A DNA stretch of 62,623 nt, counting the filler, from Sphacelaria rigidula (taxonomy: Eukaryota), in the NCBI GenBank assembly GCA_964200075.2. It is 10 parts of 10 records of this genome, joined end to end, with 100 filler letters (N's around TTAATTAATTAA, not from the genome) between each part and the next. Parts side by side here need not be neighbours in the genome. Positions count along the whole stretch, not along the records: positions 50,180 to 56,351 come from CAXNAA020021756.1; positions 56,452 to 62,623 come from CAXNAA020021757.1; 8 more parts are not named here. One strand, given 5' to 3'. Positions within the stretch are counted from its first letter, which is position 1, and each line of letters begins with the position of its first letter. A program made the translations under genes and the position numbers. Positions 50,843-62,623 of the stretch are shown here, piece after piece. The notes beneath the pieces were generated by a model that saw only the letters and a list, made by a program, of their open reading frames with translations, did not search any database and was not told where the DNA came from.

Positions 50843-51935
50843 GCGCTGATGGTGGGTCGAGATGCCCTGCTAATATCGGGCGCAATGATCTACCGTTATC
50901 GGACGAAAAATGCTAACGATAGTTTCTTCGATTTCGAGTCCCTTGACTACAAGGTTACACCGACCACCCTCAGCAAGGTGAGCCAGCCATCGACGACTCA
51001 GGCGCGGGGCGTGGGGGGGGGGGGGGGGGGGGGGGGGGTGCACCTCATGATGTTGCATGCCGTAGTCATGAGACCATTGACGTCGCGTCGTGGCTCACCG
51101 ACGCCAAGCCTTTTAGGGAGGTGTGTCGGGGGGGGGGGGCGGTCGTGTTTTCATACGCACGATAGAGCCTCAGAAAATAGATCAGAATATATCAGATATG
51201 CCGGCTTTTTCGTTATGTTTTGGAACAACAAGCTTCAGAACGCCCTGCTGTTTGCTCTGTTTGTTGTTTGTTATTCGTGCCAAGAAGTAACCGATGCCGT
51301 ACAAACTAGTTTTTGTCCCGCCTCAACGCACCTGTCTACCCCCTTTAGTGTAGGGGGGGGTGGGGGATGTACTCATATTGCATGCCATAGTCATAAGAAA
51401 GGGGGTGGGGGGTGGGGGGCACTCATCGCTCCACACGTACACCGAGCATAATAAAACACATCAGATATGATCAAATATACCGGCGTCAGTGTCTCGTTCT
51501 AAAAACTTTAGTTCTAAAACGATATGTTGCTTTTTTGTCGGTTTACTCGGCAGTACAGAGGGGAACTTTTTGGTTCTCTCTCTGCTCTGCTCTGGTGTGT
51601 GTGCGCGCGCGCGCGTGTGTGTGTGTGTTTTTTTTGTGTGCGGGGAGCGAATGTTCTATACATCGTGAAAGCGTGATTGCCCAGAACCCAAGAAAGCTCA
51701 GAACGTTTTATTTCTTGCTCTTACTGTTCGCGTGCAACTATTGGGTGTACGGAGTAACATCGGTTGCGCCGTGGAAAAAGATTCATAGAGCACACACTTA
51801 CACACACTCTCTCTCGCACACACCCTCTCTCCTTCGCTTCCAGGCCAACACAACTCTGCAGTTCGGCACGCTGTGGCTGGGGTTGACTCACGCTGTCTAC
51901 AACATCCCATCAGAGTCTGCATTTTCCGGTATATG
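50843..51935 (+). CDS. Two internal exons (50843-50977, 51844-51935) of a CDP-alcohol phosphatidyltransferase, cardiolipin synthase (CRD1/CRLS1)-like
   Basis: ALMVGRDALLISGAMIYRYRTK...FFDFESLDYKVTPTTLSK|ANTTLQ matches the eukaryotic cardiolipin synthase pattern GRD.LL....RY....FD......PT..SKVNTALQ. Splice sites are canonical and in phase. Confidence 0.82.
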
Positions 51936-52289
51936 GTGAGAGAGTAGGTCCCAGATTTACGTCTCCATTCCCTGCGGTCATGATCCATTCACATATATAT
52001 ATATATATATATTATTGATTGATTGATTGTCGCACTTTAACTGACCCCCCAGGGGTCCAGCCGTGGTATCATGATAGATGTACCCAATGAAACGAGAGTG
52101 AAACACGCTCTGAAGAAAAAAAGGAACAGAAAAAAAAAGCCGAACAGAACGACATAGCAGACCAAGTCGTAACAAAAAAAAGTAAAAAAAAATTCAACGC
52201 AAGCAAAGCACAGAAAGAAATGGCCCACCGAAAACATATTTTTTATCTATTAAATTATGTGTATGGTCCTTCACGAACCCTTACCAGGT

Positions 52290-53250
52290 ACACTCTTGCA
52301 CGTGGGTTCTCCAGCATGGAACTCTTCAGATCCCAGCTCCTTCGAGGCTTCCTCAAGCCTCGGTTGCGGCGAACCTTCGATTTCTCGCCTCAAACATGAA
52401 TCTGTGCCGATCTTTCCCGATATCTCCAGTACCGAGACCGAACACAACCATTTCTGCAGGTTCCTGCCATCCGGCTGTGAGCATCTAGTGGAGTCGCAGC
52501 ACCTGGTATTCTCCTTGTGGAGTCCCCCCGAAAAGACTGTTCAATCCGCTGATCCCCGGTCGCCGGTTGCGTCTGGTACTCGCCCGCCTCGCTGTCGGCG
52601 ACGTAGGTTAAATGCCCCGACTTACTCCTCTCGATTCTCCAGGCGTGTCAAATGAGAAAGAGGACTCCCCGCTGTCAACATCTTGACGGTTGTTTTTCTG
52701 TTGATGCTCTGGAGGTGGCTCAGTTATCTCTACAGAAGAACTGCGCCAACTCCAGAGCATGAACGCAACGTTACACACGGCATACAGTCCCCACGCTGAT
52801 GGAGTAAGTAGATATGATGACTTCGAAGAACAACAGGAAAACAGCTGTCAGGATGTTGACAGCGGGGAATCCTCTGTCCCTACAGTAGGTGATGTGCCTA
52901 GAGTTAAGCAGAGTAAGTCGGGGCATGTATTTTAGCATTTGTCGCTGATAGTCGGGGGGGGGGGGGGGGGGATACTGGACTTTACCGACGATTAGAGATC
53001 AGCGATTTAATAGTATCCCCGACCTCCACACGGAGAACACCGGGTACTGCGACCCGACCAGATGCTCACGCAGCTAAACGGTAGGAGGCTGCAGAGGTAT
53101 TTGGGTCTGGTATCGTTATCGGAGATATCGAGAAAAGTCGACACGTATTTATGCCTGAGGCGAGATTCGAAGGCTCGCCGCAAGCGAGGTTATGGGGAAG
53201 CCTTGGAGCTGAGGCGTGAGGAGTTCCATGCTGGAGAGACCATGTGCGCA
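52290..53250. repeat. Inverted pair of diverged ~430-bp LINE-like fragments (52290-52712 / 52825-53250)
   Basis: Inverted pairs tctccagcatggaactc / gagttccatgctggaga, ccccgctgtcaacatc / gatgttgacagcgggg and gccccgacttactc / gagtaagtcggggc. The left arm continues on the minus strand to the AATC tail at ~52015. Confidence 0.75.
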
Positions 53251-55056
53251 GGTCTCATCTCGGAAGGGTCTTATTACTATGGATACAATACGGGGCGGGC
53301 AGTTTATGCCCAGACGTGGATACAGAATCCCGTGGATCGGATATGGGGAGCGATTGATCGACTGACATTATTGATTGATTGTCGCGCATTTATCAATCTC
53401 CCAGGGGTCCATCGAGGGTCACACAGATGTACCCGAAATAGGACAAGATAGAAACACTCGCCGAAGGCAGGTGAAGAAAAACAGAAAAGTAGAACGGGCA
53501 CGAAGACTAGACTGAAAAAAAAATGCAAGAACAAACGAAGACAAAGACAACAGACAATACAGGATTTAAAGAAAGAGTGGAAATGGCCGACCTGTGCATC
53601 ATGGCTGCAGGTGGGAAAGGTCTTGCGCAAAAAGCACACGTATTCGTACGTACTCAGTGGGGAGAAAATTTAAAGGCCGTGGAAACAGATTGCGGCCCCT
53701 CTGTTTTTTGCCACACTAGTATGGTCCGAGTGCTGACATACCGTTGTTTCGAGCGCATGAGCATGTGTCTACCTGACCGCATGATTTCTGAGTTACAATA
53801 GCAGCCACTATATAAGTCGTCGTCGTTCGGTGTTCCCTATCCTGGTGCCCCCCCCTGTCCAGTACCGGAATGAGGGAGGGAGGATACGGAAGCGTCTGTA
53901 CCTCTGAGCGGATGAAATCCGAAGCGGGGAAGGCGAGCGCGTTTTGTATTGTATAGTCCAGCGTACTCATTCCTGTTATGCGCTTTCACTTTCGTTGTGT
54001 CGTGGGTAGGTAGTCTGTGCTCTAACGCGGTTGAAGGCTATTTTTTCTGCTGGTCTGAATGGGAGTATCGGCAACTTTTGGAGGGTTGATTCTTTGGTGG
54101 TCGCCTTGGGTGCCTAGTGTATACCTTGTGACGACACCTGTTCTCTTCGGGGATCAGTTAGCGTGCAAAGGTGGGGTAGGTGGGGTAAACCCTCGGGTGC
54201 CCTGTGTTTGTCACGGGGTAATTTAAGTACACGGTTCTCCGGGGTTCTCAGGGTATCGACCGGTGAAATTGCTCAGTATTCCCAGAGCCCGCAGGGATCG
54301 ACTGCCGAACGTTCATCGAGAGTACCAAATGAATCGACTGAAAGTTCAGTGTACCCGAGTCATTGTTTTTAATGTACCCTTCCTGTACCCTGATCACTCA
54401 TGTTGATGTGGGACGATTTGATTGGTGAACAAATCAACCGATCAATCAGCGATGAGGTCAAACTAGGATCTTTGTCACGTGAAGCTTGACACGGGTTCCA
54501 ACAGTGTTTTCGTGAGATTGGGAGTAGAGGATACGATCGAGGGTGAAAAGTGATCAAGTAGTGAATGAATCGTTTCGGCTCCGAAATGCCCCTCCCCGAG
54601 GCCCAATATGGTTTCCGTAGTAGCTTGCCACTGAGGCCCTTGATATCCCTGAGTAGGATATCGACGTGTAGCTGTAAGCACACGCCAGTGATGGAGGCAT
54701 AGAAAGCACGCACGGGATAAAAAAGTTGGCGAAGTTACAGCGAATTATCAAAGCCACTCTCAATCAGCGCGCTACTCTCAATCTCACGGAAACGTTGTTT
54801 TCTTTGACCTTGACCTACGTGCTATTATCCTTGGAGATTCGGTGAGAGTACCCTGTTCGTTTTCGATTTCATGGGTGCACGTTTTGTTGGATGCCATGAT
54901 AATCTTGAGCCGTCCAAGATTGAAAGCTGCGTTCTCTGTTTCTGTCTGTATCGTTTGTCGTGCTTGTGGTGAGCAGCAGGGAGCAAGAATTATTGTGGAC
55001 TGTGTGCACCAGTGGAGAGCGATGATACGCTGTTTTATTTTTGCACCATGGTGATT

Positions 55057-55481
55057 TGTGAAACGGCGAGTACTTGATTAACAATTGCAGGAATTTGTCC
55101 CTTTTGTGCGGTGGTACCCACATCTTCCCCCCCCTCTCCCCCCGCCTTTATGGCCTTCTTGGAAGTTTTGAAAGATTATCCTTTTACGTCGGCCAGCGGT
55201 AGGAATTCTACCTTTTCCTTCACATATCTTGTACTCATACGTATGTTAGATTATCCAACAAACAATCGTCGTGGGAGATTGTCCGTGAGTTTTGAGCTCT
55301 GCTTCAGAGGGTATTCACCATTGTTTTTGCCTCCCACCATTTTGGTGGGATCCGGGTTCGAACCCGGGACCTTCTGTGCGTGAAGCGTACGAGTTATCTC
55401 ATGATGTCGCCAAATGTGAAATGATGATTCCTTGACTGAAGCTTGTGGGAGTTTGTCCCATTCTATGCGGTGGTTCCCACA
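55057..55481 (-). mobile_element. Uninterrupted 425-bp TRIM-like mini LTR element with an internal tRNA-like module
   Basis: LTRs at 55481-55415 and 55122-55057 (67 and 66 bp, TGTGGG...TTTCACA). PBS-like TTTGGCGACATC. Internal CGCTTCACGCACAGAAGGTCCCGGGTTCGAACCCGGATCCCACCA. PPT GGCGGGGGAGAGGGGGGGGAAGA abuts the 3' LTR. The flanks are gatt/gatg. Confidence 0.8.
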
Positions 55482-55487
55482 GATGAA

Positions 55488-55649
55488 CCCTTTCGGGACC
55501 GGACTCTCAGAAACATGATGTTTGCACTCACGGGCCTTTTTTGGTATCGGCATCATTTTGACTCATATTTAAGTAAAATAGACATGCCGATTCACAAGAA
55601 GGCCACTGCGTGCAAACACCGTGGTCCTGGAAGCCCGACCCCCGAAGGG
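55488..55649. mobile_element. Degenerate piggyBac-type MITE
   Basis: tgaa|ccctttcggg ... cccgaaggg|ttaa with imperfect long inverted arms. It shares atgccgattca with the 36021 element. Confidence 0.6.
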
Positions 55650-56524
55650 TTAATTAGCTGTCGGTGAACATGAAAACAAATCATGGACTGTACTGTACAG
55701 CACCAGCGGTACAGTATAGACACGCAAAAGTACAGTCGAGAGACGACTTGACATGACATGCGTACCAAGATCAAAACATGCACGCTCGAGGTACTACTGT
55801 ACATAAATATTGTATGCCAGCACCGCCCCCGAAAGAAAGTACCAAGACTGCTTCGAGAGCATAGGACATGCTGTTGTAAGAGAGTATTTGTTGTCTGCCC
55901 AAATTGCAGCTTTGGTGGCTCTGCCGGTGTTCACTACCTGGCAAAGCATGAAAGTATGTACCCCTACGAGAATGGCTAACTCACCCTAGACATAACACAC
56001 ACATACTTGAAGTTGTGGATCAATAGCTCGTCAAAGGTTTTTTCTGCACTGATATGGACGCAAACAAGCACTCAACACCCATCCGCATTTTTCACGTGAA
56101 AAGGCGTGCGTTGTCCCTTTGACCGCAAGGGTGGGTCACCTAGTGAATCGGCATCAAGTTCGCTTGAAAAAGTATGTGTGATCCATATGGACTACCCGCA
56201 TCGCGGTCCAAGGGTTGAAGTGAATTGGATCTGAGGTCGAATTGGCCATGGGCAACACCTATTGGTCAATCTGGGTATCATAGGGGGGGGAGGGAGGTGG
56301 AAGACGGAGATGTTTAGCAAGGGTGAGCATATGCAGATGTCCTATAGCACANNNNNNNNNNNNNNNNNNNNNNNNNNNNNNNNNNNNNNNNNNNNTTAAT
56401 TAATTAANNNNNNNNNNNNNNNNNNNNNNNNNNNNNNNNNNNNNNNNNNNNCAGGGAAAGCACGGCTTTTGAGTTGAACCTCATTTTTTTTCAACCCCAT
56501 TTTCGAAAATCGGCTGTTATCTCC

Positions 56525-58462
56525 TAGTAACCGTCACGGGAGTACCCGTGGCGGTCTGCGCCGGTTGCGGTCCATTTTCGAACGAAAGCTCCAGCTGAGC
56601 GCCGCCAAACTGCGAAGGCATTTGTTCCAGCAACCCCACACCGATCGACGTGAGCGCGGACTCAGAATTGATAATAACGCGGGCCATAAACGAACCTACG
56701 GCACCGGGCAAGGAAAGATCCGTGCGTGAACACACTGCGTTGCGATCGACAGGCACCACACCTGCCGAAGAACCCTGGTCGGTACCAAGAATCACCTGAC
56801 GCCTGGGCTGTGCTCCAGTACTTGGCATCAATAATTAAGAATCGGCGGTTCACCCAGACCACGGCGCCGAATATGCTGACGGCCCTGTTGCAGCCGTCGC
56901 AGAAGTAGGGAATGCATCAGAGATGGATCCTGCCTGGCCGAGTGGTTGCGAACGATTCGCTCCAGCACTCCCCAACGAAGTATTTGCACCTCCCACGTAC
57001 ACTGCCTGTCTCGACACGAACGAACCAGAAGATCCAGAGTCACCACCGGATGACGTAGTCGGAAAAACAGCAGCGGAGGAACTACAATCCGCCGCCGATT
57101 GCTTGCTTCCGCGGCCGCCGCGCCCGCGTTCATGGTTGGCACAACCCGTCCACCGTGGCGACCTCCGCGAGATCCTGATGAATCTCGCGAACTTCCTTGA
57201 GCAGCGCCTTGAGGTCGAGGCTTGGGGCAATCCTTAATCGGTTGTCTTTTGCCGCCGCAGTTGTAACATGCGGGAGTGGACGACGCTCGCGAAGATGACT
57301 TCAATTTTTGTTGCTGTTGTCGTTTGCGGCGCGCACCACCTGCACTTGCCGCAGAGTCGCGCTGGCCATGGGTCTCATTGAAACTCCAGTGGTCGGCGGC
57401 TTCGAATATCTTGTTTAACACTACGGTCGGGTTATTTTTCCAGCCGTCTGCACATGTGAGTACGCTTCTGGCATACGCCTTGAATTCCGGGGGCGAAATC
57501 CCGTCCACCAAAGCTGTGGAAACCGACTCGGCCGGGCCTGGCAACCAGCTCCTGTCCTCCGCACGGTATATTGCCTGCACCGTGAGATTGTCAGCGAAAA
57601 GCGTTTCCATCGATGAGCTAGTCATCATCGCTCGATCCTTGACGGATATCCGACCGCTTTGCTGCATTGTACGCACTTTACGTAGGTCTGCTGCAGCCCG
57701 CGCAGTATCATGGTTACCACCGGTTGCGGTGTACCCGGCATGCTGCTTCACAGCATCTAGAAATTCCTCGAGGGTCATAGCACGACGGTCTTTGTACATG
57801 CCTTCAAAGCACCGATGAATGTATGTAAGGATGAGAGTTGTCCAATGCTCACCCTTGCATGCCTCACGACTCCTTGTGCAATTTCGAGGTATAAACGTTC
57901 TTTGTAAGAGGAAAAAGTGGCGTCAAAAACGTTTGATGCTTTCTCGGTCCACACCTCGCCATACTTTGGCGGGTATAGCGACTCCCCTAAAACCAGCGGC
58001 GCTGGCGCCGCTTGAGCCATGTCCTCTAGGAATCAAACACTTCATGGAGAGACTCTTGCCTGACGTGTGCGTCCTCCAGCCCACGGAGCGTCCTCCATCG
58101 CTGTGCGCTTCAAGTTGGTCTCCCGCCTGCGGGCCAAACTGCTTCCAAGTGCGACCCCTTTTCCTCAGCCAATTCTTCCAACAGAGTGCCGAGAAAAATA
58201 TCTAGATACTGAAGCCTCTGCCAGACCATCTGGACAAGAGGACTTTCAACGAGGGACCCCTCCAGTATCACTGGCCTAGTGCTCGACAAGTCCTTCCTTC
58301 TAACTTGATATCATCGCGGAGTAATCCTTGACATATCACGAGCCAGACAGCAAGGGTCACACAGAAAATGGCCATCAATCCAGGATCCCCTTTCCCCTGC
58401 CACTGCTCCAATCATGCATGCGATTATACTGAAACCTTACGGCTTGGTATCATTGGGCTACA
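56525..58462 (-). mobile_element. Second decayed copy of the same Gypsy family: 5' LTR, gag and protease, truncated after the protease
   Basis: Colinear with 20245-22190. Gag is frameshifted across ORFs 58020-57775 and 57799-56828. The knuckle CYNCGGKRQPIKDC has lost its His, and the protease ARVIINSESALTSI has lost the catalytic Asp. Confidence 0.92.
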
Positions 58463-60627
58463 ACTGCTAAAATTGCCGATATTCGATGTTCATTTGAATA
58501 CCACACCCTCAATAACAATATCATTTTTGCATCACGAAGTATCGCTCGGTCGGCCACAACCTTCGGCAGTTGCGCGCGCGGAGAAATCTCGCAAACCTCT
58601 TCAAGCCACCGAATGGCGAAAACGTTGATATTCTCCGATTTCTCCGAATCCTCGGTGAAATATGTTCGATCATACTTGATTTTCTAGGAGGTCGGCTCGA
58701 ACTAAAGACATCGAGGTCGATACTTAGTGACAACCGGAAACCTTCCTAGATGTCACTGTGCATTCTCCGTCGCCAACCGACATATGAGGAATGCAGATTA
58801 TCCAGACTGCAATGAAGCCCTTTTCACCGCATAATTTCGACAAGATGTCGTCTTGCAGTGAGGCCAAGATCGGGGTTCCTACTACCCCGGGTGGTGTACC
58901 CCGTATAATACCCACGGTACCCCTCGTCTGTGACGAACATGTGCTGTGTTTTCGTGTGCTCTATACAGCCGACACGAACAGCGCGAAAATATGGCTCGTA
59001 ATTTGTTTACAAAAGGACGTGCAAATAAGTCGGTACATGAAAAGAAGGCGTGCCTTGCGTTCATGTTGTACGTCGCACTCTATTGCCGCCTTCGTCATTG
59101 TCGTCGTTTGATCAATACGGTTCAGTTTTCACGACCCGCGACTCTTATGGACGAGCCAATCCAGTAAAAAATTGTATCGGATCAAACAATTGGGGTGCAT
59201 GTATTGCTTTGCTAGTCGCCTTGTTGCCCCACCGCATCTAAAATTCGTAGCTCTCCTGTGGCTGATGGCTAAACGATGCTCCTGTATTTCGTGTCTGCTC
59301 CCCAGGATCGGTTTGCGTTTGAGCGAGCAGCAGAATTCGAAGCTCTGCGCGTCGATGAGGTGAGAGGTAAAATGGAATAGTTGCCGGTTGAGGAGGGGTA
59401 GGGACGGGGCGGTGACCATGCAAAATGTGTTGGTGCCCTGGAGCATCTTCGTTCCTGCTCCCTTGTACCTCTGCTATAATATTACGTTGATGAATTGTCT
59501 CGCATTTGTTCCAATCGTCACGATATGGACCTCAATTTACCCTACACGCCATATGAGGTAGTTTTACATGACCCCCCCCCCCCAGAAGACCGGAGGTTGG
59601 ACCTTGCTCCTTTAAACTCTGGGATCTCTAAACCTCATATCCTCTCATCGGGGATATCTTAAACTCCCGTGCCTAAGCTATCAATCTATCTACTATGCCG
59701 TTGGCCGCATATCCCGGAGAGGACTGATGTTTACTGTCAATAGGTCAACTTCCTTCTTCGCCTGATCTAGATAGAAAGGTATCCACCTCCTATGTTCAGT
59801 CGCTCTTACTGATTGACGAGGCAACCTGGGGAAGATGGGCGGTGTATCCATGATGTTGCACGCCGTAGTCATATGGCCATTGACCTTGCATACTTACCAA
59901 GCCGGGACGGAGCACGCCGGGTGTTTGCTGGACCAGTCTCGTCATTAATTTCCAAGCGCGAAGCGCCTTGGTGTGGTCGGCGAGCCGCATGAAGGGTGAG
60001 CTGTATCCTGCTATGATTGTTCGGCATGAAGCGTATGGATTATGTTGCATGTGGATAACAGACTCCGATGCGTTGCTTCATTTTCCGGCATCGCCATTTC
60101 TAGAGACAGCGGCGGCCTACACTCTGCCTCATGGGTGTCTCACCGTATCAACACTACGTGGTATAATCATCCCCTTAGCGCGGAATTGAGGTTCTCCCAC
60201 CCCGCGCAGAATGATGTAGCAACTAATACACCATTATGGCTACAACAAACAAAACGCGAGCGCGAAAAAACACGGTAACCCGGTCGCCCAGAATACGCAG
60301 TGAGTGGCGTGTTTTATAGCGTCGTTGCCAACCAACGTTGACCTTGGGGGAGTTGGAGGGAGTTGGGGGGGGGGGGGGGCAAGGGGAAAGCACCAGGGAT
60401 CGGTTTGCGGTGGTGTCACCATACACCAATGCGACTACTAATGTAACTGCAGGAGGCGATATTAATGAAATCTACCGTGCCGTCGAGAATGGGATGTACA
60501 GGCTGCTCCCACTATTTGACCCACAATATTGTGTTTCCGACGAATCCTCATGCGAGGTTTAAGAATCAGCACCTCCACTTCCTCGGAGAGGTGCATATCG
60601 ACGTATTGAACGCTAGTATTACCTTGT

Positions 60628-60831
60628 TGTAATGCGTGAGAGGACCGCGTGCCTCGAGGACTGCATCGGAAATTGAACATCCCTATGGTTAGGGTTAGAG
60701 TTAGTGTCGGGGTTGGGATCAGGGCCGTGGTCCCTGCGGGGACTGGCCCGATTGGTTTTGGAAAACGTCGACAGGAGGTGTTTCGAGCCACGGCGTGATT
60801 CTTTAAACACGCGGTCCTCTCACGCATTACA
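60628..60831. mobile_element. Second copy of the TG...CA TIR element with telomere-like repeats. A third, diverged and inverted relative starts at ~62442.
   Basis: Perfect 24-bp TIR tgtaatgcgtgagaggaccgcgtg / cacgcggtcctctcacgcattaca and a 4-bp TSD TTGT. Internal ggttagggttagagttagtgtcggggttgggatcaggg. Confidence 0.85.
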
Positions 60832-61299
60832 TTGTTCTGTTGGGAGGGGTGGCGGGGGGGGGGGGGGGGGGGTTAGGTCCATCTGAATGCCTGACAGAAC
60901 AACACCCACCCTTTCCTCCGTAATGAAGAACGGCAACAAAATAGAACACCGTGCTAATGGCCTTCACGCTGTCGATGCGTACCTTTCCTCAAACGTATAG
61001 GTCATATATCTCACACCTTGCGTACGGCATCCAAGATATGTATATTATTAAGGGCGGTAAAAAGTCATATACGAAGTATGAGACTAGACCTTGCCCCAAT
61101 TCAAGTTTCGGTCACGGCTTTCGAACGGCGGCGAGTTAGCAACCGAAAAAGAGGTACCGCTTTTATCACGTTCATATCACCTACACGCCCACCACGTTTA
61201 TACCGCGGTGCAAGAGGAATGAAGGCATCTTGGACATTGCACCGAGGCTCGCAAGAGGTACCGCTAACACGGTTACCTCCACCAGGCCGTATTAGTGTT

Positions 61300-61760
61300 C
61301 CAGATGTAAAAATATGTAATGACCTGGATGATCGGACAGAGTTCCCGGCGCATCGCAGGTTGGCCATATGGTTGCAGGAAGCGTACCAGTTGGCTTGTTT
61401 TCAGCGGCTGTTCGTCCTATTTGCGCCGGAGACATCTGTCGGGCCATGTAGCCGAGGGACCCGGTAAGAGACGACCAGCGATACGGTTTTGAGCATTAAC
61501 ATGCTCGAAGCTCAGCTCGGATGTTGTATCGTATAGATGATTGTACTGTAAGGGCACACTTTTGAGTCCAAGACGCTCCTGACGCTGGACTTTAAGGTCC
61601 AGATACTTGTCATCGAGATGCTCCCAAGGTGCAGAGCCTCCGGGAAAGAGTGTGCACCTCTATACCGTACAACCACTTTACAGTTGCTATGGGCGCGTCC
61701 GGGAAAGAACTGGCCGTTGGACCCTATTGTTGGACCCCGATGAGAAGAATGTTGGGGTTC
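61300..61760 (-). pseudogene. Possible highly decayed RTE-type LINE reverse transcriptase C-terminal region
   Basis: Frameshifted remnants HLGSIS...IYTI...MLKTV...ATW resemble the YLG..I / LYD / MLKA.V..LLYG..TW pattern. The match is weak. Confidence 0.3.
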
Positions 61761-62623
61761 GGCTGCCATGATTCATGCTGTTCTTCCTGCTCCCTTTCCT
61801 CTACATTTAGGTAATTACAATAGGGTCGTGAGGTCAGATCTCTCAGTACCCATACCCAGGAAATCCTTCAATCGGGAGGACGGGAGATCGAGGGGAAGAT
61901 GGGGGCTACTTTATCACTGAGATTCACCGTGCCGCAGTTGTACGGAGAATCAGAACGAATCCCTGGTCGGCACTCGGGCCGTGACAGATTTTTACCGAGC
62001 TTGAGAGCAAATGTGGTATTGCCGTATTTCGCTCAGAAACATTATATGTGATGTTTCGAGACTGCTGCGTGATGTATGGGAAGTCCGCATTTGGCTTGGG
62101 AATAGCTCTGAACAAAACGTACATATCTAGCCCAGGTGCAATTGTGAGAAGCTTATATTTTGTGTCGTGGAAAAAGGAATTGGCGGTGGCAGGCAGGGAC
62201 ACTTTTTACGATAGTACCCCCCAAAAACCAGCCCAAACGTGTCACAAAACAAATGACCATACAGCGCCTGATGTTTTGGGTTCAGGCTGCGTGAAGCGCC
62301 TAATATGAGCAACATTGGCAAGAAAGAACCCAAACGTGGGAATTCCCAGCTGCTCATTGTTGCTCAGCTTTTCCCATTTCGATTTACGTGAAGATGTTGC
62401 CTCTTCAAACCAGGCACTTTTTCGTTGGGGGGGGGAGGTGATGTGATGCGGGAGAGGACCACGTGCTTTGAGGACCACACCATAGTCCAAATCACCTCAA
62501 GATTGACTTTTTTCATAATCAATCGGGTCAGTCCCTGCAGGGACCACGTGTTCCCTTGACACATGATCCATAAAGAGGGACAGCTGGACACGACTGATGA
62601 AGTCGATCAAAGGACACGGCTGA

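Noticed and set aside
55340..55400. Functional tRNA-Val gene (likewise the tRNA-like sequences at 11982 and 47535)
   Set aside because: Only the T-arm or B box (plus an A box at 11989) is intact. The anticodon and acceptor stems do not pair, and the 11982 and 55340 sequences sit in mobile elements.
55907..55955. Terminal cardiolipin synthase exon (ALVALPVFTTWQSMK)
   Set aside because: It would need the weaker alternative donor at ~51929 to be in phase, and it matches the expected TTxxSGxxY motif poorly.

Overview
This is not a contiguous locus. It consists of ten unrelated eukaryotic scaffolds of 6172-6173 bp, sorted by size and joined by nine identical 100-bp linkers (N44-TTAATTAATTAA-N44). 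The organism looks like a brown alga or related stramenopile. The evidence is GC-balanced, repeat-rich DNA with short exons and long GT-AG introns, plus a plastid segment in red-lineage gene order. Contents: (i) An AT-rich plastid operon piece (rps2 3' end, tsf, atpI, atpH, probably the first codons of atpG; 43908-~46015) runs without a gap into nuclear-type DNA, so it is a NUPT or an assembly chimera. (ii) Spliced fragments of six nuclear genes were rebuilt from splice sites and exon phase: anoctamin-like, a multi-IQ-motif protein, an adhesin-like or unknown protein, a hypothetical protein, SMC4 and cardiolipin synthase. (iii) Decayed retroelements include two copies of one Ty3/Gypsy family, a Ty1/Copia gag relic, LINE ends and a tRNA-derived SINE. 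(iv) Many non-autonomous DNA elements are present: hAT MITEs with 8-bp TSDs, piggyBac-type MITEs with TTAA and foldback elements. The most unusual candidates are a ~400-bp TRIM-like mini-LTR element with a tRNA-like B-box module just after its PBS (two copies) and a TG...CA TIR element carrying telomere-type TTAGGG repeats (two or three copies). Most ORFs in the supplied six-frame track are spurious. No CRISPR, prophage or prokaryotic defence system is supported. Novelty cannot be established without database searches.
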